Source: Erysipelothrix inopinata
GTDB lineage: Bacteria; Bacillota_I; Bacilli_A; Erysipelotrichales; Erysipelotrichaceae
Direction: 5' to 3'
DNA length: 32,000 nt
Assembly: GCF_014396165.1 (NCBI RefSeq)
Contig: NZ_CP060715.1
Coordinates: 330,001 to 362,000, forward strand
Shown here piece by piece: positions 7,580 through 18,668 of this stretch (the first letter of the stretch is position 1; every line of letters starts with the position of its first letter). The notes under the pieces are model-generated. The model saw only the letters and a list, made by a program, of their open reading frames with translations, did not search any database and had not been told where the DNA came from. The position numbers and the translations under genes were made by a program.

Positions 7580-8263
7580 TTAGTCGATTGAAACTTTGAT
7601 TCCAGGACCCATTGATGTTGAAATAACAAGGTTCTTAATGAATGCGCCTTTTACAGCAGCTGGACGTGATTTCACGATTGTATCGTGTAATGAACGGAAG
7701 TTTTCTTCTAATGCTTCATTTGAGAATGATGCTTTACCAATAATTGTGTTGATGTTTGCTTCTTTATCAACACGGTATTCAATTTTACCTTTTTTGATTT
7801 CTTCAACAGCTTTAGCTACGTCTGTAGTAACAGTTCCTGTTTTAGGGTTTGGCATTAAACCTTTAGGTCCTAAGACACGTCCAAGTTTACCAAGTTCTCC
7901 CATCATATCTGGAGTTGCAACGATGATATCAAATTCGAACCATCCGTTTTTAACTTCTTCAAGAATTTCTTTTCCACCAACAAAATCTGCGCCTGCATCT
8001 TTTGCTTCTTGTTCTTTAGCACCTTGAGTAACTACAAGAACTTTTTGTGAACGACCTGTACCATGTGGCAATACCATTGCACCACGGATTTGTTGGTCAG
8101 CGTGACGTGGATCCACGTTTAGGTTGTATGATACTTCAACTGTTGAGTCAAAGTTTACAAATGTTGTATCTTTAGCTAATTGAATTGCTTCTGCAAGAGG
8201 ATAAACTTTAGTGCGATCAACTAATCCATTAACTTTAACTGAGTTTTTACTTTTCTTAGCCAT
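7580..8263 (-). CDS. rplA: 50S ribosomal protein L1
   Basis: 227 aa with canonical L1 sequence ([15 protein letters not shown]...LPHGTG...[15 protein letters not shown]). Confidence 0.97.
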   Translation of the reverse strand: MAKKSKNSVKVNGLVDRTKVYPLAEAIQLAKDTTFVNFDSTVEVSYNLNVDPRHADQQIRGAMVLPHGTGRSQKVLVVTQGAKEQEAKDAGADFVGGKEILEEVKNGWFEFDIIVATPDMMGELGKLGRVLGPKGLMPNPKTGTVTTDVAKAVEEIKKGKIEYRVDKEANINTIIGKASFSNEALEENFRSLHDTIVKSRPAAVKGAFIKNLVISTSMGPGIKVSID

Positions 8264-8268
8264 TTTGA

Positions 8269-8690
8269 TTAGTCCTCCATTCCTTCGATTGCAATACCCA
8301 TATTACGAGCTGTACCCGCAACAATGTTCATTGCTCCCTCAATATCATTGGCATTAAGGTCTGGGAATTTATATTCCGCAATTTCTCTTAACTGATCAAC
8401 TGTGATTGTAGCTACTACTTGTTTTCCAGGTGTAGCAGAACCACTCTTGATTCCTGCAGTTTTCTTTAAAACGATTGATGCAGGTGTTGTTTTTAATTCG
8501 AAATCAAATGATTTGTCATCATAAACAGTAATAACAACTGGGACAATATCGCCAGCACGTTCTTTACTTGCATCGTTAAATGCAGTACAGAATTGAGGCA
8601 TATTGATACCAACACCAGCTAATGCAGGTCCTGGTTTAGCTCCCCAGCAGGGAACTCAAGTTTTACGATTCTAGCAACTTTTTTACTCAC
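8269..8690 (-). pseudogene. rplK: 50S ribosomal protein L11 gene, interrupted as given by a 1-nt frameshift in a G4 run (C4 on the plus strand, 8642-8645)
   Basis: The ORF track shows only the C-terminal 110 aa, starting at an internal Met. From GTG 8690 (RBS AAGGAGG) I read VSKKVARIVKLEFPAG, then a frame break. The downstream frame continues AKPGPALAGVGINMPQFCTAFN..., and together these form a normal L11 N-terminus. The span is 422 nt, i.e. 3n-1. Confidence 0.85.
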
Positions 8691-8724
8691 ACGACATTCC
8701 TCCTTTATTTAATGGTTGTCTGTG

Positions 8725-8761
8725 ATGTGGTTTTAGTGAATGGTTGCACATTCTTCCACAT
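8725..8761 (-). promoter_or_regulatory. Two-tier hairpin in the rplK-rplA 5' leader (candidate L1 autoregulatory site)
   Basis: The minus strand reads ATGTGG-aa-GAATG-tgcaac-CATTC-actaaaa-CCACAT, between the promoter and the RBS. Confidence 0.3.
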
Positions 8762-8766
8762 ACAAA

Positions 8767-8782
8767 AAGCCTTTTCAGGCTT
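8767..8782 (-). terminator. Short GC hairpin plus U-run straddling the predicted rplK transcription start
   Basis: The minus strand reads AAGCCT-gaaa-AGGCTT followed by TTTTG. The 5' arm overlaps the expected +1 of the promoter at 8787-8815. Confidence 0.35.
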
Positions 8783-8786
8783 ATTT

Positions 8787-8815
8787 ATTATACGATTATT
8801 AGAATTCAATGTCAA
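8787..8815 (-). promoter_or_regulatory. Consensus SigA promoter for rplK-rplA (TTGACA-17-TATAAT)
   Basis: The minus strand reads cgTTGACAttgaattctaataatcgTATAAT. An AT-rich UP-like tract lies upstream (8816-8860). Confidence 0.7.
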
Positions 8816-8864
8816 CGATTTCGTGTCAGTCTTCCATCTATTTATATATTATATACTTCATATA

Positions 8865-8896
8865 AGAAAAGCTCTAACACCTTCTGGCATTAGAGC
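8865..8896 (-). terminator. Rho-independent terminator after rpoC
   Basis: The minus strand reads GCTCTAA-tgccagaaggtg-TTAGAGC followed by TTTTCTT, 15 nt after the rpoC stop. Confidence 0.7.
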
Positions 8897-8910
8897 TTAG
8901 AATTTAGGAA

Positions 8911-11900
8911 TTATCCGCGAACAATTTCACTGATTAAAGAATCTTCTTCTTCAACTTTATTACGTTCTTCACGTTCTTCTTTTTTCTTGTTTGCTAAGTT
9001 GCGAACACGTTCTGTTGATTCACGATATAGCTCGGAACCTGTACCCGCAGGAATTTGCTTACCAATGATAACATTTTCTTTAAGTCCCATTAATGGGTCA
9101 ATCTTAGATTTGATTGCAGCATCAGTAAGTACTTTCGTTGTTTCTTGGAACGATGCAGCTGATAAGAAACTTTCTGTTTCAACAGATGCTTTTGAGATAC
9201 CCAAGAGAACTGGACGGTAACGTGCAGGGTCTTTACCTTCGATTAACATATCTTCGTTAATTGAAGTAATGTTATCAATATGCATTTGAACACCAGGACT
9301 GATACCTGTATCTTGTCCGTCAATAACAACTACCTTACGCATCATTTGGTTAATCATAACCTCAACGTGCTTATCGGAAATTTCAATACCACCACTTTGG
9401 TAAACTTTACGAACTTCTTTAAGAATATATTTTTGAACAGCTAGACGTCCAGCATATTCCATAAGTTTCTTAGGATCAACAGATCCTTCTGTTAGTTTAT
9501 CTCCAGCTTCAACTTCTGAACCAATTTTCATCCATGAACGAAGTGGTTGGTGAGGCATTGTTTGATGTTCTACTGTACGTTTATCATTTGTAACAGTGAT
9601 AATGTATGATAGACCATCTTCTGTTTGTTTGTTATCTGTAATATGACCTGAAATTTCTGAAATTACAGCAGGCATCTTCGGTGTACGAGCTTCGAAAAGT
9701 TCTTCAACACGAGGAAGACCTTGAGTAATATCTTCACCACCAGCAACCGCAACACCACCAGTATGGAATGTACGCATGGTTAGCTGTGTACCAGGTTCAC
9801 CGATTGATTGAGCAGCAACAATACCAACTGCTTCTCCGGCTTCAACAACTTGACCTGTAGCCATGTTACGTCCGTAACATTTTTGACAGATACCGTGTTT
9901 TGAATCACATGTAAATACTGAACGGATTCTTACTTGCTTGATTCCTGCATTAACGATACGTTTAGCAATGAATTCATCAATGTATTCATCTTCTTCAATA
10001 ATTACTTCTTTTGTTAATGGATCCACGATTGTTTCTTTGATGTAACGGCCAACAAGACGATCATGAAGTGATTCAATAACTGTGTTAGACTTACGGTCAA
10101 CAATTTCTTCAACTAAGAATCCATTGTCTCCGTAGCAATCTTCTTCAATGATTGTAACATCTTGAGCAACGTCAACAAGACGACGTGTTAAGTATCCTGA
10201 CTCAGCAGTTTTAAGAGCCGTATCGGTTAGACCTTTACGCACACCGTGAGTCGAAACGAAGAACTCACTCACGTTCAATCCTTCACGGAATGATGAGTAA
10301 ATAGGAACTTCGATAATTGAGGATTGATAGCCAGATTTTGATTTAGATTGAGTAGGTTTACCCATCAATCCACGCATACCAGCTAATTGGGTAAAGTTAG
10401 AAACGTTACCACGAGCACCAGAAGTAGCCATCATGTTAATTGGGTTCTTACGAGGTAAGTCTTCCATTAACTCAGCACCAACTTCATTTTTAATGCCATC
10501 CCACAATGTCATCAACTTACCTTCCCATTCCTGAGCAGTAAGAAGACCACGTTTATGCATTTTCATTAATTTAGCAGCTTGTAATTTACCTTCTTCAACG
10601 TATTTTTCTTTATTTGGTGCAACGTTAATGTCACTCAAGGCAACGGTCATACCAGCAAGTGTTGAATACTTGAATCCAAGGTCTTTAATATCATCAAGAA
10701 TTTCAGAAGTTTTATCTAATGAATAGTGATCAAAGATTTCCTTAATGATTTTCTCAAGATCTTTTTTCTTAAAGTCATTATTTAGAGGCATTGCTTTAAT
10801 AATTTCTTTAACATCTTGTCCCTTAGGAATAAAGAATTTGTCAGGTGTAGCCTTGAAGTTATCTGCACTGACTTCGTTTAAGTAAGGGAAGTCACTTGGG
10901 AACATTTCGTTAAAGATAAGTTTACCCAATGTTGTGACAAGATACATTTCATTTTGTTTTGCACTAAAGTTAGTTTTACCTAACGATGATGCACGAACAC
11001 AAATTCGTGTATGGTAGTGAATTTGTCCATGCTCATGAGCAAGGTGTGCTTCACTAATGCTTCGGAATGATTTCCCTTGGTTGTTACCATAATTACGCCA
11101 TTTATCAGCTTCATCAAGGTCCCCACGTTTTTCACATTCATCAGCTTTTTCAAAGAATTCTTCTGGTGTTTCTTCCATGTTTAAGTAGAAGTTACCGAGA
11201 ACCATATCTTGTGATGGTGTAACGATAGGTTTTCCATCTTTAGGTCCAAGAATGTTACGTGAACCTAACATTAGAAGTTCAGCTTCAGCTTGTGCCATTT
11301 CTGATAATGGAACGTGAACCGCCATTTGGTCACCATCAAAGTCCGCGTTAAACGCTGGAGTTACAAGAGGGTGAAGACGAATTGCACGTCCTTCAATCAT
11401 TTTAGGCTTAAAGGCTTGAATACCTAAACGGTGAAGTGTTGGCGCACGGTTAAGAAGAACAGGGTGTTTTTGAATTACTTCTTCAACAATGTCCCATACT
11501 CGTGGATCTTGACGTTCAATTAGTTTTTCAGCTGCTTTAGCGTTATTACTAATTCCACGTACTTTCATTTCATTCACTACGAATGGTTTGAAAAGAACAA
11601 TCGCCATTTCTTTAGGAATACCACATTCATACATTTTCAAGTCTGGTCCAACAGCAATAACTGAACGACCTGAGAAGTCAACACGCTTACCGAGCAAGTT
11701 AGCACGGAAACGTCCTTGTTTCCCTTTAAGACTGTGTGATAGTGATTTTAGAGGACGTCCACCAGCACCTGTAACAGGTTTTGAACGACGACCATTATCG
11801 ATAAGCGCATCAACAGCTTCTTGAAGCATACGCTTTTCGTTTTGAACAATAACTTGAGGAGTACCCATCTCTAAGAGACGTTTTAGACGGTTGTTACGTG

Positions 11901-12690
11901 TGATAACACGACGGTATAAGTCGTTTGAATCACTTGCTGCAAATCGTCCACCATCGAGTTGTAACATAGGACGTAAATCAGGTGGTAAAACAGGAAGTTG
12001 TGTTAATACCATCCATTCAGGTTTATTATCCGAGTTAATAAATGCTTCAATTGTTTCCAAACGACGGATTAATTTCTTACGTTTGTCCCCTTTAGCACTT
12101 TCAAGTTGTGCAAGAATATCTTCTTGTTCAGCTTGTAAATCTACGTTTTCTAACAAGATTTTAATTGCTTCTGCCCCTGCTTCAGCTTTAAAACTGTTGA
12201 ATCCAAATTCATTAATATAATCACGGTATTCGCGATCATCAATAATTTGTTTATATTGTAGTGTTGTGTTTTTTGGATCAATAACAACCCATTTAACAAA
12301 GTAAACTACTTCTTCTAACACTTTAGGTGTGATATTTAGTAATAAACTCATACGTGATGGAATTCCACGTAGATACCAAATGTGTGCAACCGGAGCAGCT
12401 AAAGTAATGTGTCCCATACGTTCACGACGTACTGCCGACTTCGTTACTTCAACACCACAGCGATCACAAATTACCCCACGGTAACGTACTTTCTTGTACT
12501 TACCACAGTAACATTCCCAGTCTTTAGTAGGACCGAAAATTTTCTCACAGAACAAACCATCACGTTCAGGTTTTTGTGAACGGTAGTTAATAGTTTCAGG
12601 TTTTTTAACTTCACCATATGACCAATCTAAAATACGTTCTGGAGAAGCTAACGCCAATTGAATTGAGGCAAAATCTTTTGTACTACTCAT
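8911..12690 (-). CDS. rpoC: DNA-directed RNA polymerase subunit beta'
   Basis: 1259 aa. It has the zinc-binding CxxC...CxxC N-terminus and the NADFDGDQM catalytic motif. Confidence 0.98.
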   Translation of the reverse strand: MSSTKDFASIQLALASPERILDWSYGEVKKPETINYRSQKPERDGLFCEKIFGPTKDWECYCGKYKKVRYRGVICDRCGVEVTKSAVRRERMGHITLAAPVAHIWYLRGIPSRMSLLLNITPKVLEEVVYFVKWVVIDPKNTTLQYKQIIDDREYRDYINEFGFNSFKAEAGAEAIKILLENVDLQAEQEDILAQLESAKGDKRKKLIRRLETIEAFINSDNKPEWMVLTQLPVLPPDLRPMLQLDGGRFAASDSNDLYRRVITRNNRLKRLLEMGTPQVIVQNEKRMLQEAVDALIDNGRRSKPVTGAGGRPLKSLSHSLKGKQGRFRANLLGKRVDFSGRSVIAVGPDLKMYECGIPKEMAIVLFKPFVVNEMKVRGISNNAKAAEKLIERQDPRVWDIVEEVIQKHPVLLNRAPTLHRLGIQAFKPKMIEGRAIRLHPLVTPAFNADFDGDQMAVHVPLSEMAQAEAELLMLGSRNILGPKDGKPIVTPSQDMVLGNFYLNMEETPEEFFEKADECEKRGDLDEADKWRNYGNNQGKSFRSISEAHLAHEHGQIHYHTRICVRASSLGKTNFSAKQNEMYLVTTLGKLIFNEMFPSDFPYLNEVSADNFKATPDKFFIPKGQDVKEIIKAMPLNNDFKKKDLEKIIKEIFDHYSLDKTSEILDDIKDLGFKYSTLAGMTVALSDINVAPNKEKYVEEGKLQAAKLMKMHKRGLLTAQEWEGKLMTLWDGIKNEVGAELMEDLPRKNPINMMATSGARGNVSNFTQLAGMRGLMGKPTQSKSKSGYQSSIIEVPIYSSFREGLNVSEFFVSTHGVRKGLTDTALKTAESGYLTRRLVDVAQDVTIIEEDCYGDNGFLVEEIVDRKSNTVIESLHDRLVGRYIKETIVDPLTKEVIIEEDEYIDEFIAKRIVNAGIKQVRIRSVFTCDSKHGICQKCYGRNMATGQVVEAGEAVGIVAAQSIGEPGTQLTMRTFHTGGVAVAGGEDITQGLPRVEELFEARTPKMPAVISEISGHITDNKQTEDGLSYIITVTNDKRTVEHQTMPHQPLRSWMKIGSEVEAGDKLTEGSVDPKKLMEYAGRLAVQKYILKEVRKVYQSGGIEISDKHVEVMINQMMRKVVVIDGQDTGISPGVQMHIDNITSINEDMLIEGKDPARYRPVLLGISKASVETESFLSAASFQETTKVLTDAAIKSKIDPLMGLKENVIIGKQIPAGTGSELYRESTERVRNLANKKKEEREERNKVEEEDSLISEIVRG

Positions 12691-12708
12691 CTGTCTCTAC
12701 GCCTCCTT

Positions 12709-15700
12709 CTAAATTTCTTCGCTGGAATCATCTCCAGCATCAAGTTCATCGGATTGTAAGTCGTCTTCATCAACGTCTTCGTCAAGTTCAACTACAATTT
12801 CTTCTACGATTTCATCTTCTTTGTCTGCTTCACGTCGAGGAGCGTTTTGATCCTCCTCGACAAGTGTTGCAGTAATTTCTTGATCATCTTTATCTAAGAA
12901 TTTAATATCAAGTGCCAATGCTTGTAATTCATGTTTCAGAACTCTAAATGCTTCTGGAATACTTGGTTCTGGAATATCCTCACCATTTTGAATTGCAGCA
13001 TAAGTCTTAGTACGTCCGTTGACATCATCAGATTTGATTGTAAGAATTTCTTGAAGTGTATGAGCTGCACCATAAGCATACAATGCCCAAACCTCCATCT
13101 CACCAAATCTTTGTCCACCATTTTGTGCTTTACCACCCAATGGTTGTTGTGTAACAAGTGAATAAGGTCCTGTTGCACGAGCATGAAGTTTATCATCGAT
13201 CATGTGGGATAGTTTCAACATGTACATTACCCCTACAGAAATACGTTCATCATAACGTTCCCCTGTACGGCCATCATAGAGTACACGTTTTCCATCAGGA
13301 TCAATATTACCTTCTTCCATGATACGGAAGAGTTCATCAGTTTCAATACCATCAAATACGCTGGTTGCAAACTTAATTCCTAAGTTCTTAGCAGCAATAC
13401 CTAAATGGAGTTCAAGAATTTGTCCAATGTTCATACGGCTAGGAACCCCAAGAGGGTTAAGCATAATATCAACAGGTGTTCCGTCTTCCATATATGGCAT
13501 ATCTTCTACTGGTAATATACGAGAGATAACCCCTTTATTACCGTGACGTCCAGCCATCTTATCCCCTTCAGAAATCTTACGTTTCTGAACGATATAAACT
13601 TTAACTGTTTCACTTACTCCTGGTGGAAGGTCATGACCTTCATCACGGCGGAATATTTTAATATCTTGAACAATACCTGATCCACCATGTGGAACTTTAA
13701 GTGAGTTATCACGAACTTCACGAGATTTCTCTCCGAAGATTGCGAGAAGAAGTTTTTCTTCAGGTGAAATTTCACTTTGGCCTTTAGGTGTAACCTTACC
13801 AACTAAAATATCGCCTTCTTTAACTTCAGCACCAATCATTACGATACCACGAGCATCTAAATGACGGCATGAGATTTCACTTACGTTAGGTATATCACGT
13901 GTGATTTCTTCAGGTCCGAGTTTTGTTTCACGAACTTCGAGTGTGTACTCTTCAATATGGATTGAAGTATAAACATCTTCTTTAACAAGACGTTCACTCA
14001 TGATGATAGCATCTTCATAGTTATAACCGTTCCATGTCATAAATGCGACAGTAACGTTTTGACCTAATGCTAACTCACCATTTTGCATTGATGGTCCATC
14101 AGCAAGAATATCTCCTGCAACAACAGATTCACCTAAGCTTACGATTGGTTTTTGGTTAATACACATACCTTGGTTTGAACGACGGAATTTTTGTAATAAG
14201 TAATTACGTTCTTTTCCATCAACACCTGTAACAACAACGTGGTTACCGTCAACGTATGATACCATTCCATCTTCTTTACAGATTACTGCTGAACCGGAGT
14301 CCTTAGCGATACGGTGTTCAATACCTGTACCAACATAAGGTGAGTTTGGTTGTAGCAATGGAACAGCTTGACGTTGCATGTTGGCACCCATAAGCGCACG
14401 AGAAGCATCATCATTTTCCAAGAATGGAATCGCTGCAGTAGCAACCGAAACGATTTGTTGTGGACTAACGTCTACAAGTTCAACGCGGTCACGTGAAGCA
14501 AGTATATTTTCACCTTGGTAACGAACAACAACTTGTTCATTCGCTAGTTTGTGATCAATAACTTCGTTTGCTTGAGCAATAACATAATCAAATTCATCAT
14601 CAGCTGATAGATAAACGATTTCTTCAGTAACATCCCCACCTTCTTTAACAATACGGTATGGTGTTTGGATGAATCCATAAGGATCAAGACGACCATATGT
14701 CGTTAAGTTAGAGATAAGACCAATGTTCGGTCCTTCAGGTGTTTCAATTGGACAAATACGGCCATAGTGTGATGTATGAACGTCACGCACTTCAAATCCA
14801 GCACGGTCACGAGTCAATCCACCAGGTCCTAGCGCTGAGATACGACGTTTGTTCGTAAGCTCTGCAAGAGGGTTCAATTGATCCATAAATTGAGATAATT
14901 GAGATGAAGAGAAGAACTCTTTAACCATTGCCGTTAACGGACGAATATTTGTAAGGTTTTTTGGTGTTAAACTGGATGAATCTGAAGAGATTGACATTCT
15001 TTCTTTAACAACACGTTCCATACGGCTTAATCCGATTCGGAATTGGTTTTGAATTAATTCACCCACTGTACGAATACGACGGTTACCTAATTGGTCAATA
15101 TCATCTTCGCTTCCAACATCATCTAAGAAGTTTAGGAAGTATGAGTATGTTGCATAGATATCTGATGCAACAATCGTTGTTTTATCAAGAAGTGGATCAA
15201 TACCAACAATCTTAACGATTTCATCACTTAACTCATCAGGATATACATGGATTTCTTGCATTGCTGCACCAATTAACCAAAGTGTTAATGGTTCTTTATC
15301 CAATGTTTCGATAATAAGTTTTTCATTTGTTTTATTAATGTGAGGTACGTTCACGTTTGGTACGAAACGATCAACAACAAAGGTACTCTTAGCTGACATT
15401 AAGTCAGAACCATCTGCTGTTTGTAAACGACCAAATGTATAAAGACGTGAACCATAGTTCAATACAGACCATACGTTATCTTTTGTTAAAGTAACTGCTT
15501 TAGCAATAATACCTGTATAGATTGTAATTTCATGTCCCATTAATGTTTTTAAGTCTGCAGTTGTTAATACAGTTCCACGTTCGTATTCAAAATTGTCATG
15601 ATCAATATCACGAGCAAGAATACGTCCATCTAAATGAACAGTATGATCAACTGTAAGTGTACGAGTATCTGGTGCTGAGAAAATGTTCTTCAATGGGAAA

Positions 15701-16860
15701 GCATTAACATTTCCTGCTTCACGTAATACATCACGTAATTTTAAGACATCATCACGTTTAGAAATGAGTGTTCCTTTTTCAAAGACAACATTGCCATTGA
15801 TATCAAGAACATCGTTTACAAGACGTGTATCTTTAACACGGTTAAATACTTCTAATTTTTTATGTATTTTAAAACGACCTGCTTTATTCAAGTCATAACG
15901 ACGTGGATCTAAGAATTTAGCATTCATTAAGTTAATCGCACCGTCTGTAGTAGGAATTTCGTCTGCGCGTTGGTTTTCATACATAACTCTTAATGAGTCT
16001 TCAAAAGTAACTGTTTTATCAAGAACTAATGTATCAACAAGCTCTTGGTAGTTACCAAAGAAAGCAGTATAAAGGAGTGCATATAACGATAAGAATTCAC
16101 GCTTTTCACTGTCCAACTCATCCCATTCTTCATGTACTGGTAAATCAAGTGCACGTAAGAATGTTTTAAATGAGTGCGTATCAAAAGCATCTTCACCTTC
16201 TTGAAGGTCAAGACTCATTCCAAATGCCTTAAATAAAATAGTAGAAACAATCGTACGTTTACGGTCAACTTTCATGTTCACAACACGACCATTTGCCGCT
16301 TTACGATCATCACTCATAAATTCAAGCCATGTACCACGACTTGGAATTAATTCTGAAAGGTATGTTTCTCTACCTGTCTTTTCATCTGTCTCAGATTTAA
16401 AATATGCTCCAGGTGAACGAACAATTTGTGAAACAATAACACGTTCAGCACCATTAATAATAAACGTTCCCGTTTCAGTCATTAATGGTAAATCACCGAG
16501 GAATACTTCCTCGTCTTTTTCAATTACCTCACCCGTTTGTTTGTTAACAATTTCCAAACGCATGAGAGCACGTAAAGGCGCGGCATAATTTGCCTCGCGA
16601 GAACGACATTCATCAACATCATATTTCGGTTCATCAAATGAATAGTTAATAAATTTCAACTTAACATTTTCATTATAGCTTTGAATAGGATAGATCTCAT
16701 CGAAGACTTCTCTCAGTCCTTCGTTTTTAAACCATTCATAGGCTTCCGTTTGAATTTCAACCAAATTAGGTAATTCTAATCCACCACTTACTTGAGAGTA
16801 GTCTCTACGGGTAGCTTTGTTACCAAATTTCTTCACTTTATATACTTGGTTTTTTTCCAT
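12709..16860 (-). CDS. rpoB: DNA-directed RNA polymerase subunit beta (expanded, 1383 aa)
   Basis: Canonical beta motifs are present ([50 protein letters not shown]). It also carries lineage-specific insertions and an acidic C-terminal tail. Confidence 0.98.
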   Translation of the reverse strand: MEKNQVYKVKKFGNKATRRDYSQVSGGLELPNLVEIQTEAYEWFKNEGLREVFDEIYPIQSYNENVKLKFINYSFDEPKYDVDECRSREANYAAPLRALMRLEIVNKQTGEVIEKDEEVFLGDLPLMTETGTFIINGAERVIVSQIVRSPGAYFKSETDEKTGRETYLSELIPSRGTWLEFMSDDRKAANGRVVNMKVDRKRTIVSTILFKAFGMSLDLQEGEDAFDTHSFKTFLRALDLPVHEEWDELDSEKREFLSLYALLYTAFFGNYQELVDTLVLDKTVTFEDSLRVMYENQRADEIPTTDGAINLMNAKFLDPRRYDLNKAGRFKIHKKLEVFNRVKDTRLVNDVLDINGNVVFEKGTLISKRDDVLKLRDVLREAGNVNAFPLKNIFSAPDTRTLTVDHTVHLDGRILARDIDHDNFEYERGTVLTTADLKTLMGHEITIYTGIIAKAVTLTKDNVWSVLNYGSRLYTFGRLQTADGSDLMSAKSTFVVDRFVPNVNVPHINKTNEKLIIETLDKEPLTLWLIGAAMQEIHVYPDELSDEIVKIVGIDPLLDKTTIVASDIYATYSYFLNFLDDVGSEDDIDQLGNRRIRTVGELIQNQFRIGLSRMERVVKERMSISSDSSSLTPKNLTNIRPLTAMVKEFFSSSQLSQFMDQLNPLAELTNKRRISALGPGGLTRDRAGFEVRDVHTSHYGRICPIETPEGPNIGLISNLTTYGRLDPYGFIQTPYRIVKEGGDVTEEIVYLSADDEFDYVIAQANEVIDHKLANEQVVVRYQGENILASRDRVELVDVSPQQIVSVATAAIPFLENDDASRALMGANMQRQAVPLLQPNSPYVGTGIEHRIAKDSGSAVICKEDGMVSYVDGNHVVVTGVDGKERNYLLQKFRRSNQGMCINQKPIVSLGESVVAGDILADGPSMQNGELALGQNVTVAFMTWNGYNYEDAIIMSERLVKEDVYTSIHIEEYTLEVRETKLGPEEITRDIPNVSEISCRHLDARGIVMIGAEVKEGDILVGKVTPKGQSEISPEEKLLLAIFGEKSREVRDNSLKVPHGGSGIVQDIKIFRRDEGHDLPPGVSETVKVYIVQKRKISEGDKMAGRHGNKGVISRILPVEDMPYMEDGTPVDIMLNPLGVPSRMNIGQILELHLGIAAKNLGIKFATSVFDGIETDELFRIMEEGNIDPDGKRVLYDGRTGERYDERISVGVMYMLKLSHMIDDKLHARATGPYSLVTQQPLGGKAQNGGQRFGEMEVWALYAYGAAHTLQEILTIKSDDVNGRTKTYAAIQNGEDIPEPSIPEAFRVLKHELQALALDIKFLDKDDQEITATLVEEDQNAPRREADKEDEIVEEIVVELDEDVDEDDLQSDELDAGDDSSEEI

Positions 16861-16944
16861 TTATGCCATCCTTTCCTGCAAAAAATCAAACAACTAAAAA
16901 ACGCGCACAAACCCACTATTATGCAATTATATATATTAGCATAA

Positions 16945-17541
16945 TCAAAGTGATTCTACAACCTTTTTACTGCGATAAATGTAGAATCCTTTATCTTTTT
17001 TTAACAGTTCACAATTTCCAAATAAATCAATACATTTTGCTTGGGCAGACTTCGCACCATGGGACTTGCGAATTACAAACAAAAAAGAGCCATTTGGATT
17101 CAACGATTCGTATGCATCATCAAACAATGAATACATTTTTTCTTTACCAATTCGAATAGGAGGATTTGTAACCACAAAATCAAAAGTTCCTTCCAAACCA
17201 TCCGACACGATATTCTCTCCGTTAATATTGTGTCTTTTGTAATTCAAATTAGCGAGCGCTACAGCACGAGAATTTACATCAACTCCCGTTAATGAAATTC
17301 CCGGAAACATTTGTGATAATACAATTCCGATTACACCAATGCCACATCCTAAATCCGCAACACTACCTTGTATATCTTGTGTAGAACAGACCTTTAGAAG
17401 GGCCTCTGTTCCACGATCAAGATCTCCTTTTGAAAAAACGCCATCATCAGAAGTTAGTTTATACTCAACGCCCAAAAACCGGAAAGAAATTTCTCTCCGG
17501 TTTTCAGCTAATTGTGAATTGTCTGTAAAGTAATGACTCAC
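16945..17541 (-). CDS. Class I SAM-dependent methyltransferase (small-MTase / RsmC-like; counterpart of Bacillus ybxB between rplL and rpoB)
   Basis: 198 aa. Motif I is DLGCGIGVIG and motif IV is VTNPPI. GTG start with RBS GAGGAG. Confidence 0.85.
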   Translation of the reverse strand: MSHYFTDNSQLAENRREISFRFLGVEYKLTSDDGVFSKGDLDRGTEALLKVCSTQDIQGSVADLGCGIGVIGIVLSQMFPGISLTGVDVNSRAVALANLNYKRHNINGENIVSDGLEGTFDFVVTNPPIRIGKEKMYSLFDDAYESLNPNGSFLFVIRKSHGAKSAQAKCIDLFGNCELLKKDKGFYIYRSKKVVESL

Positions 17542-17559
17542 AGATTCTCCTCAGTTTAA

Positions 17560-17931
17560 TTATTTAACTTCTACTACTGCGCCAGCTTCAACAAGTTTAG
17601 CTTTTAATTCTTCTGCTTCTGCTGGTTTGATGTTTTCTTTGATTGGTGATGGTGCGTTGTCAACTAATGCTTTAGCTTCCATCATACCAAGACCTGTGAT
17701 ATCACGAAGTGCCTTGATAACTCCAACTTTTGAACCGCTAACTTCTTTCAAGATTACTGAAACTTCGCTTGGTCCTTCTGCTTCTGCTGAGTCAGCTGCT
17801 GCTGCAACTGCTACAGGTGCTGCTGCACTTACTCCAAATTCTTCTTCGATTGCTTTAACTAATTCGTTTAATTCAAGAATTGTCATTTCCTTTAGGGAAG
17901 CGATTAATTCTTCTGCTGTTAATTTAGCCAT
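17560..17931 (-). CDS. rplL: 50S ribosomal protein L7/L12
   Basis: 123 aa. It has an Ala-rich hinge and the conserved C-terminal domain ([23 protein letters not shown]...). Confidence 0.97.
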   Translation of the reverse strand: MAKLTAEELIASLKEMTILELNELVKAIEEEFGVSAAAPVAVAAAADSAEAEGPSEVSVILKEVSGSKVGVIKALRDITGLGMMEAKALVDNAPSPIKENIKPAEAEELKAKLVEAGAVVEVK

Positions 17932-17952
17932 TAAAATTTTCCTCCTATGTGA

Positions 17953-18522
17953 TTAAGCTTCTTGAGCTTCTGTTGTTTCTGTAGTTTCTTCGACTACTTC
18001 TGTTGTTTCTTCTACTGCTACTGTTTCTTCACCGTTACCCATTTGTTCTGCAACTTGCGATAATGCATATGCAAAGCTACGGATTGGTGATTGTAACATA
18101 CCAGCGATCATACCAATCATACCTTCGTAGTTTGGTAGTGATGATAGTTCCTTGATTTCTTCTGTGTTAACAGTTTTTCCATCAACGATACCAGCTTTAA
18201 GAACTAAAGCTTTGTTTTTCTTAGCAAATGCTGCAAGTACGCGGCTAGGTGCAACTGCATCTTCACCGAATGCTACAGCGTTTGGTCCAACAAGTTCAGC
18301 TTTTAGATCTTCAAAGTCTGTTCCTTCGACTGCGCGTTGGAATAATTTGTTTTTGTAAACTTTTAATTCAACACCTTCAGCACGAAGTTGACGACGTAAT
18401 TCAGTCATTTGACCAACGTTTAATCCACGGTATTCAACAATAACTGCTGAACCTGAATTATTAATCTTTTCTTGAATCTCTGCTACAACTGCTTGTTTGT
18501 TTTCTAATACTTCGTTACGCAA
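17953..18522 (-). CDS. rplJ: 50S ribosomal protein L10
   Basis: The ORF track gives 17953..18537. The first five codons (ATGGAGGTGAATCAT) contain GGAGGTGA placed 5 nt before TTG 18522, so TTG is the more likely start. YRGLNV..MTELR is the L10 signature. Confidence 0.93.
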   Translation of the reverse strand: MRNEVLENKQAVVAEIQEKINNSGSAVIVEYRGLNVGQMTELRRQLRAEGVELKVYKNKLFQRAVEGTDFEDLKAELVGPNAVAFGEDAVAPSRVLAAFAKKNKALVLKAGIVDGKTVNTEEIKELSSLPNYEGMIGMIAGMLQSPIRSFAYALSQVAEQMGNGEETVAVEETTEVVEETTETTEAQEA

Positions 18523-18662
18523 ATGATTCACCTCCATTCGATTTACTAATCAATGATGACCAAAATAAAACCCACGACAAAGCGAGGGTCTAAAAGTTTT
18601 ATACTTTAACCTCGGCAACATGATTAAGCTTTCGCCGTTGCTGTCTTTGGCATATTGATAAC
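18523..18662 (-). promoter_or_regulatory. rplJ leader, probable L10(L12)4-responsive leader with an internal attenuator hairpin (18561-18589)
   Basis: A roughly 140-nt untranslated leader between the promoter and the RBS. The minus strand contains ACCCTCG-ctttgt-CGTGGGT followed by TTTATTTT. Position and size match the Firmicute L10 leader class. Confidence 0.5.
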
Positions 18663-18668
18663 ATTAGT

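Noticed and set aside
7596-8027. A 143-aa plus-strand ORF antisense to rplA. Similar antisense or alternative-frame ORFs lie inside rpoC (8987-9220, 11588-11824, 11891-12220), rpoB (12931-13161, 12936-13196, 13319-13546, 13614-13802, 15683-15898, 16026-16211, 16274-16588), rplL and rplJ (17627-17956, 18152-18358, 18249-18443).
   Set aside because: All lie entirely within strongly supported, highly conserved genes. Their translations are low-complexity (S/T/P/R/L-rich) with no RBS. They are typical shadow ORFs produced by the codon bias of highly expressed genes.
8601-8690. Programmed ribosomal frameshifting as the explanation for the rplK frame break.
   Set aside because: The required shift is -1 at GCT-GGG-GAG, which is not an X-XXY-YYZ slippery site. 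No stimulatory hairpin or pseudoknot follows. A homopolymer indel, real or from sequencing, is the simpler explanation.
8712-8900. A 62-aa plus-strand ORF in the rpoC-rplK intergenic region.
   Set aside because: The region is better explained on the minus strand by a terminator, a consensus promoter and a structured leader. The ORF has no RBS and is Phe/Ile/Leu-rich, as expected from AT-rich non-coding DNA.
16861-16944. A possible terminator or attenuator (GTGGGTTTGTGCGCGTTTTTT on the minus strand) between the methyltransferase gene and rpoB.
   Set aside because: Only 3-4 bp of self-complementarity precede the T-run, which is too weak to call.
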